A stretch of 32,740 bases of DNA from Acutalibacteraceae bacterium (GCA_051880535.1 JBJEOD010000391.1:1-32740); one strand, 5' to 3'. Numbered from the stretch's first letter, positions 16,782-25,730 are shown. A program made the numbers and translations. The notes: generated by a model not told the origin, from the sequence alone.

Positions 16782-16826
16782 CCCGTAGGGCGGGGCTTGT
16801 GTCCCGCTGTTATCTCACATCTGCCT
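16782..16826 (+). repeat. Intergenic repeat, copy A: GC hairpin (GGCGGGGC-TTGT-GTCCCGCT) followed by two TCTNNNN heptads
   Basis: It aligns by eye with 29702-29745 (about 5 mismatches and 1 indel over about 35 nt). G-U wobbles make the stem better on the plus-strand RNA. Confidence 0.6.
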
Positions 16827-17469
16827 ACACAAACGGCTTTAAATCCTTACCGTAAAGCATAAGCCTTGTAACCTTGCAGAAAACGGGCGGGGTGGCTGTT
16901 TCCTCGAAAAATGCGTTTAACAACAGCGAGGGGTTTAAATTTCCCTCGTTTCCAGCAGAGAGGACAAGCAGGGCGCTGTCGCTTAAAAACTCGACGCGCT
17001 TGATTTTCGGGATAATGTCAAATTCCTTTAATCTGCCCTTTTTGTCCTTTTTTTGACAAATTACCGACTCTTTCGACAAAAACTCCTTTAATTTTTCGTA
17101 GAGAGGTGCGTTTTCGGGGTCGAATTTAAGCTCGTACTCGGCAAAGCATATATCCGCAGTAGGCAAAACTGGGGTATCAGCCCGCAAAAACTCAATCCCC
17201 TCGGGCGCGGCGGCATTTAGGCTTTTAAGCATATCCACAAAGGAATATTCGTCGTCGGTAAGGCGGATATCCATAACCTCATAAACGCCCTCAAAGCCCA
17301 AGGAGAGCGGTACGGCGTAGTTAATGTAAATATGCCTGTTAAAGCCCTCTGTATACCACACGGGAATACCCGCCTTTCTTATAATGCGGGTCATAAGGCG
17401 GTTCATATCAAGGTGGGAGACAAACTTCATTCTGCCTGTTTTGGTGTAAAAAATTCTAACGTTTTTCAA
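16825..17469 (-). CDS. TIGR03936 / DUF2344 radical-SAM-linked protein
   Basis: KNVRIFYTKTGRMKFVSHLDMNRLMTRIIRKAGIPVWYTEGFN matches the DUF2344 N-terminal pattern. The likely start is TTG 17469 (GGAGGGAG SD 5 nt upstream), overlapping the upstream radical SAM gene by 14 nt. The ORF-track start 17559 is an in-gene extension. Confidence 0.8.
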   Translation of the reverse strand: MKNVRIFYTKTGRMKFVSHLDMNRLMTRIIRKAGIPVWYTEGFNRHIYINYAVPLSLGFEGVYEVMDIRLTDDEYSFVDMLKSLNAAAPEGIEFLRADTPVLPTADICFAEYELKFDPENAPLYEKLKEFLSKESVICQKKDKKGRLKEFDIIPKIKRVEFLSDSALLVLSAGNEGNLNPSLLLNAFFEETATPPVFCKVTRLMLYGKDLKPFV

Positions 17470-19300
17470 AGCAGACTCCCTCCCCAAAGCACGCCGCCCC
17501 ACAGCCCGCGCATTTTTCGCGGCAGTTAGGCGTGGTAACGGCACTGTGCGCGCGCTCATTTTCGGCGATTAAGAATTTTTTGGTCACGCCGTAATCAAGG
17601 TGATCCCAGGGGTTTATTTCGCTGTACTCGCGCTTTCTCCCTGCGTAAAACTCGGGGGACAGACCGTTTTCCGAAAACGCCTCCTCCCAAAGCTCGGGCT
17701 TAAAGCACTCGTTCCAGCTGTCAAACCTACAGCCCTTTTTGAAAGCGGATTCTATTACCCTGCCTAATCGGCGGTCTCCGCGGGCAAACGCGCCCTCTAA
17801 AAGGCTGGTAGAGGAATCGTGCCAGCTTATATTAACGCGGCGGTTTTTGTTGGAATATTTTAAATGCTGCTGCCTGCGCTCGATTTCCTCCTTGCCTATC
17901 TGGGGCTCGAACTCAAAGGGGGTAAAGGGCTTGGGCACAAAGGTGGAAACGCTTATCGATACCGAGGGGGATTTTCCCTTCGGTCTTTCGGGCAGACCGT
18001 AGAAAAGGTCGATTATCCTCTGCCCTAAGTCGGCAATGCCCTCTAAATCCTCATCGGTTTCGGTGGGCAGACCTAACATAAAGTAAAGCTTTACTGCGGT
18101 GTAGCCGCCCTCAAAGGCGGTTTTACAGGTGCGGAAAATCTCCTCCTCGGTGACGTTTTTGTTAATAACGTCGCGGAGCCGCTGGGTTCCTGCCTCGGGC
18201 GCAAAGGTAAGCCCGCTTTTTCTTACGTGGTTAATCTTTTCAAGTAATTCCTTTGAAAAATTGTCAACGCGCAAGGAGGGCAGGGCAAGGCTTATTTCAT
18301 TCGGCTCTGTCCAGCAAAGCATTTTATTAAGTAACGGCTCTAATTCGGTGTAGTCGCTGGTGCTTAATGAGGACATAGAAATTTCGTCATACCCTGTGCT
18401 TTCGCAGAGCGCCCTTGCCTGACGGTTGATTGTCTCCGCGCTCTTTTCCCGCACGGGGCGGTAGATAAAGCCCGCCTGACAGAACCTACAGCCGCGAATA
18501 CAGCCGCGAAAAATCTCCTGCACGGCGCGGTCGTGGACTATCTCGATAAAGGGGACTACAAATTTATCGGGGTAAAAAACCGAATCCATATCCTTAATAA
18601 TCCGCTTTTTTACGGTTTTCGGCGCGCCGTCCTTAGGCGTTACAGCCTTAACAGTGCCGTCCTTATTATAGCTTACATCATAAAGCGAGGGGACGTAAAC
18701 CCCCTCTATTTTCGCGGCGGCGCGCAAAAATTCCGCCTTACTGCCGCCCTTTTTCTTAAATTCCTTGTAAAGGTCGATAACCTCCAAATCAACCTCCTCG
18801 CCCTCGCCCAAGAAAAAGAGATCCACAAAGTCGGCAAGGGGCTCGGCGTTGCAGCAGCAGGGTCCGCCCGCCACCACAAGGGGGGATAATTCGTGCCTGT
18901 CCCCGCTCCTTACGGGCAGTCCCGCAAGGTCCAGCATATTAAGCACGTTTGTGTAGCACATTTCGTACTGGAGTGTAAAGCCGATAAAGTCAAAATCCTT
19001 TATACTGTCGCGGCTTTCAAGGGCGAAAAGCGGGATATTATTCTCCCTCATTTTTTCCTCAAAGTCCACCCACGGCGCGAAGACCCGCTCGCACCAGATG
19101 TCCTCGCGGCTGTTAAACTGGGAATAGAGTATCTTCATTCCAAGGTGGGACATACCTATCTCATAGGTGTCGGGAAAGCAGAAGGCAAACCGCACGTCCA
19201 CCTTTTCTTTGTCCTTTATAACGCTGTTTATCTCGCCGCCCGAGTATCGCCCGGGCTTTTGCACCGATAAAAGCAGTCTTTCAAATTCCTGATCGTTCAT
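17456..19300 (-). CDS. TIGR03960-type B12-binding-domain radical SAM protein
   Basis: 614 aa with a CIRGCRFC (CxxxCxxC) cluster motif and an N-terminal B12-binding-like region. It has the usual partner, DUF2344, immediately downstream. Confidence 0.85.
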   Translation of the reverse strand: MNDQEFERLLLSVQKPGRYSGGEINSVIKDKEKVDVRFAFCFPDTYEIGMSHLGMKILYSQFNSREDIWCERVFAPWVDFEEKMRENNIPLFALESRDSIKDFDFIGFTLQYEMCYTNVLNMLDLAGLPVRSGDRHELSPLVVAGGPCCCNAEPLADFVDLFFLGEGEEVDLEVIDLYKEFKKKGGSKAEFLRAAAKIEGVYVPSLYDVSYNKDGTVKAVTPKDGAPKTVKKRIIKDMDSVFYPDKFVVPFIEIVHDRAVQEIFRGCIRGCRFCQAGFIYRPVREKSAETINRQARALCESTGYDEISMSSLSTSDYTELEPLLNKMLCWTEPNEISLALPSLRVDNFSKELLEKINHVRKSGLTFAPEAGTQRLRDVINKNVTEEEIFRTCKTAFEGGYTAVKLYFMLGLPTETDEDLEGIADLGQRIIDLFYGLPERPKGKSPSVSISVSTFVPKPFTPFEFEPQIGKEEIERRQQHLKYSNKNRRVNISWHDSSTSLLEGAFARGDRRLGRVIESAFKKGCRFDSWNECFKPELWEEAFSENGLSPEFYAGRKREYSEINPWDHLDYGVTKKFLIAENERAHSAVTTPNCREKCAGCGAACFGEGVCFEKR

Positions 19301-19312
19301 ATTGACCTCGTG

Positions 19313-19347
19313 TGTTAGATTTTAGATTTTAGATGTTAGACATTAGA
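19313..19347 (-). repeat. Five exactly phased heptads TCTAATG-TCTAACA-TCTAAAA-TCTAAAA-TCTAACA (minus-strand reading)
   Basis: TTAGA starts at 19315, 19322, 19329, 19336 and 19343 on the plus strand, a strict 7-nt period. There is a near-identical 25-28 nt match to 29739-29764 in the opposite orientation. Confidence 0.8.
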
Positions 19348-19368
19348 AGCGGAAGGCATAAATTTACA

Positions 19369-19920
19369 TTATTTCTTATAAAATCTTATTTCCGAGCATT
19401 TACCCTTTAAAAAGTCCAAAAATTCGTCGCGCTGTTTTGGAGAGTTAAAGGAGTGGGAAGGAATTATATATCCGCTCACAGAAGTAATAAAAATGTAAAT
19501 ATATTTTTCCCCAACAACGCAGATTCTTTCAATCGCGGCATAGGGGTGTTCTGTTTTGTTGGTATCGGTGGTTTCGGTAAAGTGCTCCTCGTCAAACTCC
19601 ATAACGGAATTTTGTGAATAGGGCATTTTCCCGTTCTTTTTTAAAAGCGATACAGATAATTTTAATGACAAATTCATAAACGGGCTAAGCAAAAGCTCTA
19701 AAATTAAAAGCAGTATAAAAGAAGGAATTACATTCATAACCGTCTCATTGGTAATGCCGTCCGAAATAAAGGCTGTCACAGGAACGAAGAATACCATAAC
19801 AGCGAAGAGAATCCGCATAAAAAGTAAAAGCTTTTTACCGTAGCGCAAATTCGTAATTGTGAATTTATTTATTTCGTAATAATCCTTATCCGTCAAAAAA
19901 ATATTAAGCTTAAAGGGCAT
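19369..19920 (-). CDS. YcxB-like membrane protein (two TM segments plus a C-terminal YcxB-type domain)
   Basis: 183 aa with a hydrophobic pair at about aa 30-85. The C-terminal segment HPYAAIERICVVGEKYIYIFITSVSGYIIPSHSF resembles the YcxB-like domain pattern. Confidence 0.6.
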   Translation of the reverse strand: MPFKLNIFLTDKDYYEINKFTITNLRYGKKLLLFMRILFAVMVFFVPVTAFISDGITNETVMNVIPSFILLLILELLLSPFMNLSLKLSVSLLKKNGKMPYSQNSVMEFDEEHFTETTDTNKTEHPYAAIERICVVGEKYIYIFITSVSGYIIPSHSFNSPKQRDEFLDFLKGKCSEIRFYKK

Positions 19921-19937
19921 AACATTCTCTCCTTGCG

Positions 19938-21383
19938 TTATTTGTTTCTCCTCCAGGACGAGGGGGAAAGGGCTATGATTATCGGGTAGATTTCAAGCCT
20001 GCCTAAAAGCATTGCAAGGGATAGCACAAGCTTTGAAAAATTCGAGTAGTCCGCAAAATTGCCCGTGGGTCCTACCCCTGCAAAGCCGGGACCTACATTG
20101 TTAAAGCATGCCGCCGTCGCGCTGAAATTTGTTTCAAAATCGAAGGGCTCAAGGCTCAGCACTAAAAAAATCGCAAAAAAGCAGACCGAATAGATTAAAA
20201 AATAATGGCTTACGCTCTTGCGGGTAGCGCCGTCCACCGTTTTGCCCTCAAACCGCAGAGCCGACACCGAGCGGGGGTGAATCATTCTTTTAAGCTCGTT
20301 TTTGATAAGCTTGAAATAAAGCACCACGCGGGAAACCTTAAGTCCCCCCGCGGTAGAGCCCGCACAGCCGCCGATAAACATAAGTATCAGCAGTATGCTT
20401 TTTGAAAGCTGGGGCCAGCTGTTGTAATCCGCCGTAACGTAGCCCGTGGTCGAAATAATAGACGCGACCTGAAAGGCGGCGGCGCGAAGTGTTTCCGAAA
20501 AGCCCTCGAACATAAAGCGTATATTAAAGGTTATCACGGCGACCGACGCCGCGACCACGCTCAAAAAGCACCAAAGCTCGCCGCTTTTTATTACCGCCTT
20601 TAAATTGCGCATTAAAATCAGGTAATAAAGGTTGAAATTTACCGCAAATATAATCATAAAGGCGGTGATAACCCATTGAATATAGGGCGAATATCCCCCT
20701 ATGCTGTCGCTCCTTACGCCGAAGCCGCCCGTTCCCGCCGTTCCGAAGGCGTGCACCACGCTTTCAAAAAGTGACATTCCGCCGAGCAGGAGAAGCACCG
20801 TCTCAAGAACGGTAAGCACGATATAAATAAGGTATAAAATAACCGCCGTGTCCTTTATCCTCGGCACAAGCTTGCCCTTAATGGGACCGGGCACCTCCGC
20901 CCTTAGTATGTGGATAGGGCGCTCGGAGACGTTAGGCAGTATCGCCATAACGAAAACTATTATACCCATACCGCCTATCCAATGCGTAAAGCTTCGCCAG
21001 AACAGGATTCCGTGGCTCAGGGATTCAACATCATTGAGAATCGAGGCTCCCGTGGTCGTAAAGCCGCTTACCGTCTCAAACAGCGCGTCCACCATTGACG
21101 GAATAGCCCCGCTTATCACAAAGGGCACCGCCCCTACAACCGACAGGGCAATCCAGGTAAAGGCGACAATTATAAAGCCGTCCTTGGCATAGATAACGTG
21201 GGTGCGCGGCTTAAAAAAGAGCCTCGGCAAAAAGCTTAAAACAAAGCTTACGGCGGCGGTAAGCAGGAAGGCAAAGCCCTCCCTTTCAAGATAAATTGCG
21301 CTTACGGCGGCGGGCAAAAGCAGTAAAACCGCCTCGACCCTAAGCGCTATTCCCACCGAGCTTAATATCATTCTGCGATTCAT
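19938..21383 (-). CDS. trkH: TrkH/KtrB-family potassium uptake membrane subunit
   Basis: 481-aa polytopic protein with repeated selectivity-filter-like segments (TTTGAS, GTAGTGG, TTGY, GSTAGG). It lies directly downstream of trkA. Confidence 0.9.
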   Translation of the reverse strand: MNRRMILSSVGIALRVEAVLLLLPAAVSAIYLEREGFAFLLTAAVSFVLSFLPRLFFKPRTHVIYAKDGFIIVAFTWIALSVVGAVPFVISGAIPSMVDALFETVSGFTTTGASILNDVESLSHGILFWRSFTHWIGGMGIIVFVMAILPNVSERPIHILRAEVPGPIKGKLVPRIKDTAVILYLIYIVLTVLETVLLLLGGMSLFESVVHAFGTAGTGGFGVRSDSIGGYSPYIQWVITAFMIIFAVNFNLYYLILMRNLKAVIKSGELWCFLSVVAASVAVITFNIRFMFEGFSETLRAAAFQVASIISTTGYVTADYNSWPQLSKSILLILMFIGGCAGSTAGGLKVSRVVLYFKLIKNELKRMIHPRSVSALRFEGKTVDGATRKSVSHYFLIYSVCFFAIFLVLSLEPFDFETNFSATAACFNNVGPGFAGVGPTGNFADYSNFSKLVLSLAMLLGRLEIYPIIIALSPSSWRRNK

Positions 21384-21386
21384 TTC

Positions 21387-22751
21387 TTACCTCTTATCCG
21401 CAATATCGGACAGGTCGTTGATTCTCCTGCCCGCACAGATTATTACCACCCTGTCGTTTGCGAGAATCATATCGTCGCCCGACGGGATTATGGTTTTTCT
21501 GCCCCTTATTATGCCCGCCACCAGTATATTGGGCTTTGTGGGCAGGTCCTTAAAGGGGATATTTATAATACTGCAGTCGGCGGTGACCTCGAACTCCAGC
21601 GCCTCGGCGTTGCCGTTCATCAGCTTGTAAAGGGTCTCAACCTTACTGCCTATCGAGTTTTCGAGCGCCCTTGCGTACCTTACCACAACGTCGGCGACGG
21701 TTCTTATTGGGGAGACCACCGTGTCTATTCCAAGCCTTGCGGCGGTCTGTAAAAATTCGTTTCGGTTAACCTTTGCTATAACCTTCGGCACGTCCTGCAT
21801 AATCCCAAAGTAGGAAAGCAGTATGTTTTCCTCGTCCATTCCCGTAAGGGCAACCACCGCGTCCACGCTTTTAATGCCCTCTTCAAGCAAAAGCTCCTGC
21901 TTTGCGGCGTCGCCGTTTATTATGACCGCCTCGGGCAAAAGCTCGCTGAACTCCTTACAGCGGTTAATGTCCGCGTCTATTATTTTAACCGAGTTTCCCC
22001 CCGCGATAAGCATACGCGCAAGATAATAGGAGGTGCGGGTCGCGCCTAAAAGCATTACGTTTCTCGCTTGCCTTTGAAGCAAGGTAAGCTTTTTAAGCAG
22101 GCGCTGAATTTCGGTAAAGGAGGCGGTAAGACCTATTTTGTCCCCGCTTTTTAGGACGAAATTACCGTCGGGGATATAAAGCTCGCCGTCCCGCTCCACC
22201 GCGCAGATTAAGAAATTATCGGGGTGTCTGCGTTTAAGCTCCGAAAGGCTCACCCCGTCAAGGGGAGAATTTTCCTTAAGGCGCAGCTCAATCATTTCAA
22301 GACTGCCCCGCGAAAAGGTTTCAACCTTGACGGCGCTCGGCAGCCTTAATACGTTAAAAAGCTCCCTTGCAACATAGCTTTCGGGATTTATCACCATAGA
22401 AAGGCGAAGCTCTTTTTTAAGAAATTCAAGGCTTTTATCGTTGTATTCAGGCTTTCTTATTCGGGCTATGGTGTGCTTAGCGCCGAGCCTCCTTGCGATA
22501 AAGCAGCTTAGCATATTAAATTCGTCCGAGCCTGTAACCGCTATTACAAGCTCGCTTTTTGCGACCTGTGCCTCTGTCAGCGCGTCGGAATCCGTGCCGC
22601 TGCCGCAGACGGTCATAACGTCGTAAATGTTGGTTATCTCCGAAAGCACCTCGGGGTCATTGTCCATCGCGGCGATTTCGTGACCCTCCGCTAACAGCGA
22701 TTCTATAACGGTACAGCCTATCTTGCCGCAGCCGATAACAACTATTTTCAT
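21387..22751 (-). CDS. trkA: TrkA potassium uptake protein, tandem RCK/NAD-binding domains
   Basis: 454 aa. It has MKIVVIGCGKIG and a second Rossmann segment (VMLLGATRTSYYLA), each followed by a TrkA_C-like region. Confidence 0.9.
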   Translation of the reverse strand: MKIVVIGCGKIGCTVIESLLAEGHEIAAMDNDPEVLSEITNIYDVMTVCGSGTDSDALTEAQVAKSELVIAVTGSDEFNMLSCFIARRLGAKHTIARIRKPEYNDKSLEFLKKELRLSMVINPESYVARELFNVLRLPSAVKVETFSRGSLEMIELRLKENSPLDGVSLSELKRRHPDNFLICAVERDGELYIPDGNFVLKSGDKIGLTASFTEIQRLLKKLTLLQRQARNVMLLGATRTSYYLARMLIAGGNSVKIIDADINRCKEFSELLPEAVIINGDAAKQELLLEEGIKSVDAVVALTGMDEENILLSYFGIMQDVPKVIAKVNRNEFLQTAARLGIDTVVSPIRTVADVVVRYARALENSIGSKVETLYKLMNGNAEALEFEVTADCSIINIPFKDLPTKPNILVAGIIRGRKTIIPSGDDMILANDRVVIICAGRRINDLSDIADKR

Positions 22752-22762
22752 AACAGCAATCC

Positions 22763-23989
22763 TTAAGCTCTCATTCTTAGCATCGCGCCCGATTTTACGG
22801 GGCGGCAGAACGGTATTTTTATTTTCATCATCGGGTGGGGAGCGGAATCTATCGCATTGCCCTCAATGTCGTAAAGCTCGTCTGTCCTTACTGTAAAGGG
22901 CGGGGACTTAGGCTCTAAGCAGTCAAGCTCCTGCCCCCTTAAAAACTTGTTTTTAAGGGTGGCGATAATATATCCGTCGCGGTAGCCGTCAACCGTCGCC
23001 GCAACCGCATAATCCCTTATATACCCCGCGCTCCCATAGGTCTGTGCGTTTTCGGGCGTTCCGAAATAAAAGCCCGTGGAATAGGTGCGGTGGCTTATTT
23101 TGTTAAGCTCTTCGGTCACCCAGTCGGGCAATTTCCAGCTTTCCGCACCGCTTTTAAGACTGTCAAGCGCGCCGCGGTAGGCGTTGGCGGTCACCGCAAC
23201 GTAATAGTGGGATTTCGCCCTGCCCTCAATCTTAATACTGTCAATCCCGCACCTCGCCATTTTATCAAGATTTTCCGCCATACAAAGGTCGTTGGCGTTT
23301 AAAATATAAGTGCCCTTGTCGGTCTCGGTAATGTCGAAATACTGCCCCTCCCGCTTTTCCTCCATAAGGGAGTAACTCCAGCGGCAGGGCTGGGCGCAGT
23401 CGCCGCGGTTTGAATCTCTGCCTGTCATATAGCTTGATAAAAGACACCTTGCCGAAAAGGAAACGCACATAGCCCCGTGAACAAAAGCCTCGATTTGGAG
23501 CTCCTTTGGGGTTTTAGCACGTATTTCCGCAATCTCGTCAAGGGAAAGCTCCCGCGCTAACACCACCCGCTTTGCGCCTAAATTGTAAAAGGCGTTGGCG
23601 GTCTCGTAATTGCATATGCCCGACTGCACAGAGGCGTGAAGTTCGAGTCTCGGCGCGTGCTTTTTAATCAGCCCTATAGTGCCTAAGTCGGCGGCGATAA
23701 CCGCGTCGGCTCCTAAAGCGTCTATAAGCTCCAAAAAGGCGGGCAGGCGGGGTATTTCCTCATTATGGGGAATGGTGTTGCAGGCAATATGCACCTTTAC
23801 GCCGTTTTTGTGGGCGTATTCAATGCCCTCTTTAAGGTCTTCCTCGCCGAAATTGGTAGCGGCGGTGCGCATACCGAATTCCTCCCCCGCAAGGTAAACC
23901 GCGTCGGCGCCGTAATCCACAGCCGCCTTAAGCCTTGTCAAATCCCCTGCGGGGCATAACAGCTCGGGTATTTTAATATCAGTCTTCAT
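22763..23989 (-). CDS. Peptidase U32 family protein (YrrO/TrhP-like)
   Basis: The U32 signature EAFVHGAMCVSFSARCLLS is present. It shows conserved synteny with mltG as in B. subtilis yrrL-yrrO, and its start overlaps the mltG stop by 11 nt. Confidence 0.85.
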   Translation of the reverse strand: MKTDIKIPELLCPAGDLTRLKAAVDYGADAVYLAGEEFGMRTAATNFGEEDLKEGIEYAHKNGVKVHIACNTIPHNEEIPRLPAFLELIDALGADAVIAADLGTIGLIKKHAPRLELHASVQSGICNYETANAFYNLGAKRVVLARELSLDEIAEIRAKTPKELQIEAFVHGAMCVSFSARCLLSSYMTGRDSNRGDCAQPCRWSYSLMEEKREGQYFDITETDKGTYILNANDLCMAENLDKMARCGIDSIKIEGRAKSHYYVAVTANAYRGALDSLKSGAESWKLPDWVTEELNKISHRTYSTGFYFGTPENAQTYGSAGYIRDYAVAATVDGYRDGYIIATLKNKFLRGQELDCLEPKSPPFTVRTDELYDIEGNAIDSAPHPMMKIKIPFCRPVKSGAMLRMRA

Positions 23990-25178
23990 ATATCCAGTTA
24001 TTCGCCGCCTTAAGCCTTGCTATGGTAGAGTTATGCTCGGCTAAGATCTTGTTGTAGTAAAATTTCATTGAAGCGTCGGTCACAAAGTAGTAGTAATCAA
24101 AATTTTCGGTAGGCTCGGCTGACGCCTTAATCGAATTAAGGCTCGGGGAGCAGAGGGGTCCGGGAGGGAGTCCCGCCGCCTCATAGGTGTTGTACCTGCC
24201 GCTACCGTAGGGGTATTTCCTTGTAGGAGAGGAGCCTAAGGTGGAAAACTCGTCGCTTTTAAGTCTGTTAAAGAATACCGCCGCCACATTAGCCATCTCG
24301 TCGGGACTGCCGCCCGCCTCTAACTCCACAATAGAAGCCATAGTCATAATTTCGTGCAGGGTGTAGCCGCTGTCCGAAATCTTTTGGCGAATATCGGCGG
24401 TAAGCTTTTGGTCAAGGGTTTTAAGCATCTTTTCCACCGCTAAATGGGCGCACTCCTTGGAATCGAAGTTGTAAAAATCGTAGGAATCGGGGAACAGATA
24501 GCCCTCTAAGCGGTAGTAAACCTTTTCCTCGGGAATGTCCTTAACAAAATCGTAATCGAACTCGCCGTTCTGAACCTCGCTTAAAAAGTCGGACTTTGTG
24601 CAGACCCCGTTTTCCTCCAAAATCTTGGCAATATCGTCTACAGAGGACATTTCGGGTATTGTGACGTGAACGCTTTCCGCCTTCGCGCCCTCCTCGATAA
24701 GCATAACCGACAGCGCCTCATAGCCCGCCTCGTTATTAAAGGTGTAAACGCCGTATTTAAACTGACTGTCGTAGTGCTTAAGCTTTGCGTACATTCTGAA
24801 AAGGAAGGGGATTTTAACCGCGCCGCAGTCCTTTAGCTCCTCGGCAATCTGCGCCGTGCCCATTCCCTGCTCAATCTCTATCGTACATTCGGTTCCTCTG
24901 CCGAAGCCTATGCCCATATAGTCCGCGCCCGCGTAGATAGCCCCGAACGCGATAGCTACCGAGACTATAATAATGCAAAGCACCCATATAAGGGTTTTTA
25001 AAAGGCTGTGACCGCCCAAATGACGGCTCTTGCCCCGCTTTGCGTTTGCCTGCACAGGGGCTTCGTCTATTTCAAAGCCCTTGCCTATTATAAAATCGTC
25101 CTCGGGGGAATTACTCTCGACCGAAAAGCCACCGTCCTGCGGCTTTTCGTTAAAGCTGTTACCGTCCATTAATACCAT
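23979..25178 (-). CDS. mltG: Endolytic murein transglycosylase MltG (YceG-like)
   Basis: It has an N-terminal TM anchor followed by a YceG-like domain (ASIVELEA, YNTYEAAGLPPGPLCSPS). An alternative start, ATG 25169, has better SD spacing. Confidence 0.88.
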   Translation of the reverse strand: MVLMDGNSFNEKPQDGGFSVESNSPEDDFIIGKGFEIDEAPVQANAKRGKSRHLGGHSLLKTLIWVLCIIIVSVAIAFGAIYAGADYMGIGFGRGTECTIEIEQGMGTAQIAEELKDCGAVKIPFLFRMYAKLKHYDSQFKYGVYTFNNEAGYEALSVMLIEEGAKAESVHVTIPEMSSVDDIAKILEENGVCTKSDFLSEVQNGEFDYDFVKDIPEEKVYYRLEGYLFPDSYDFYNFDSKECAHLAVEKMLKTLDQKLTADIRQKISDSGYTLHEIMTMASIVELEAGGSPDEMANVAAVFFNRLKSDEFSTLGSSPTRKYPYGSGRYNTYEAAGLPPGPLCSPSLNSIKASAEPTENFDYYYFVTDASMKFYYNKILAEHNSTIARLKAANNWIYED

Positions 25179-25180
25179 CC

Positions 25181-25726
25181 TTATTTGTTATACTTCATAC
25201 TTTTTTTAAGCGCGTCGGCATTTTCGGGGCTGCCGTCAAGCTGACTTAAGAGCCTAAAGCCGAAATCAAACGCCGCTCCCGCACCGCAGGCAGTGGTTAT
25301 TTTGCCGTCGGTTATAACAGACTCGTCCGAAAGCTCCGCGCCCAAAAGCTGCTTTTCAAAGCCGGGAAAGCAGGTCGCCCTTTTACCCTTTAAAAGCCCC
25401 TTGTGACCGAGCACGGAGGGCGCGGCGCAGATAGCGCCTATAAAAAGCCCATTTTCCGCCGCAAAATCGATAAAGCCCTGAACACAGCCGCTTTTTTCAA
25501 GGTTGAGCGTTCCCGGCATACCGCCGGGGAGAATTATCATCTGCAGCCCCTCGGTTTCGGTCTCGCCCTCGGTAATATCGCAGACCACGGGGATTTTGTG
25601 GGCGCCTGTAACGGTCTTGCCGCCTATTCCCACGGTTTTAACCTCGTACCCGCCCCGCCGCAGAATATCCACGGGGGCTAACGCCTCGCACTCCTCAAAG
25701 CCGTCGGCTAAAAATACATAAATCAT
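25181..25726 (-). CDS. DJ-1/PfpI family protein
   Basis: 181 aa with the nucleophile-elbow motif IGAICAAPSVL and a class I glutamine-amidotransferase-like fold pattern. Confidence 0.85.
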   Translation of the reverse strand: MIYVFLADGFEECEALAPVDILRRGGYEVKTVGIGGKTVTGAHKIPVVCDITEGETETEGLQMIILPGGMPGTLNLEKSGCVQGFIDFAAENGLFIGAICAAPSVLGHKGLLKGKRATCFPGFEKQLLGAELSDESVITDGKITTACGAGAAFDFGFRLLSQLDGSPENADALKKSMKYNK

Positions 25727-25730
25727 ATCG

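Noticed and set aside
16763-16810. Long imperfect hairpin (ACAGCGG ... CCGCTGT enclosing the GC hairpin) as an intrinsic terminator for the convergent genes
   Set aside because: No U-tract follows it on either strand: the plus strand continues TATCTCACA, and the minus strand continues with A-runs. I therefore treat it as part of the repeat element and not as a canonical terminator.
17231-17239. ATATCCACA, a 1-mismatch DnaA box
   Set aside because: It is isolated and lies inside the DUF2344 coding sequence (codons for FVDM), 3 kb from dnaA. A single near-match is expected by chance.
16825-17559. Longer N-terminal extensions offered by the ORF track (DUF2344 from 17559, tmk from 26465, greA from 27788, tadA from 3857, gyrB from 10197, dnaN from 12938, dnaA from 14482, spoIIP from 15490)
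   Set aside because: In each case an internal start with a good SD reproduces the conserved family N-terminus. The extension overlaps the upstream gene or starts at a weak non-ATG codon without an SD.
19313-19347. Reading the heptads on the plus strand as UAG-N4-UAG repeats (a HutP-type antiterminator site), or as a mini CRISPR array
   Set aside because: The UAG-N4 reading is on the strand antisense to all flanking genes here, and also at the 29.7-kb copy. No hutP or hut genes are present. A 7-nt period with no spacers and no cas genes is incompatible with CRISPR.
22752-22762. Possible c-di-AMP (ydaO-type) riboswitch or promoter ahead of trkA-trkH
   Set aside because: Only 11 nt separate the U32 stop and the trkA start, so there is no room for a riboswitch.
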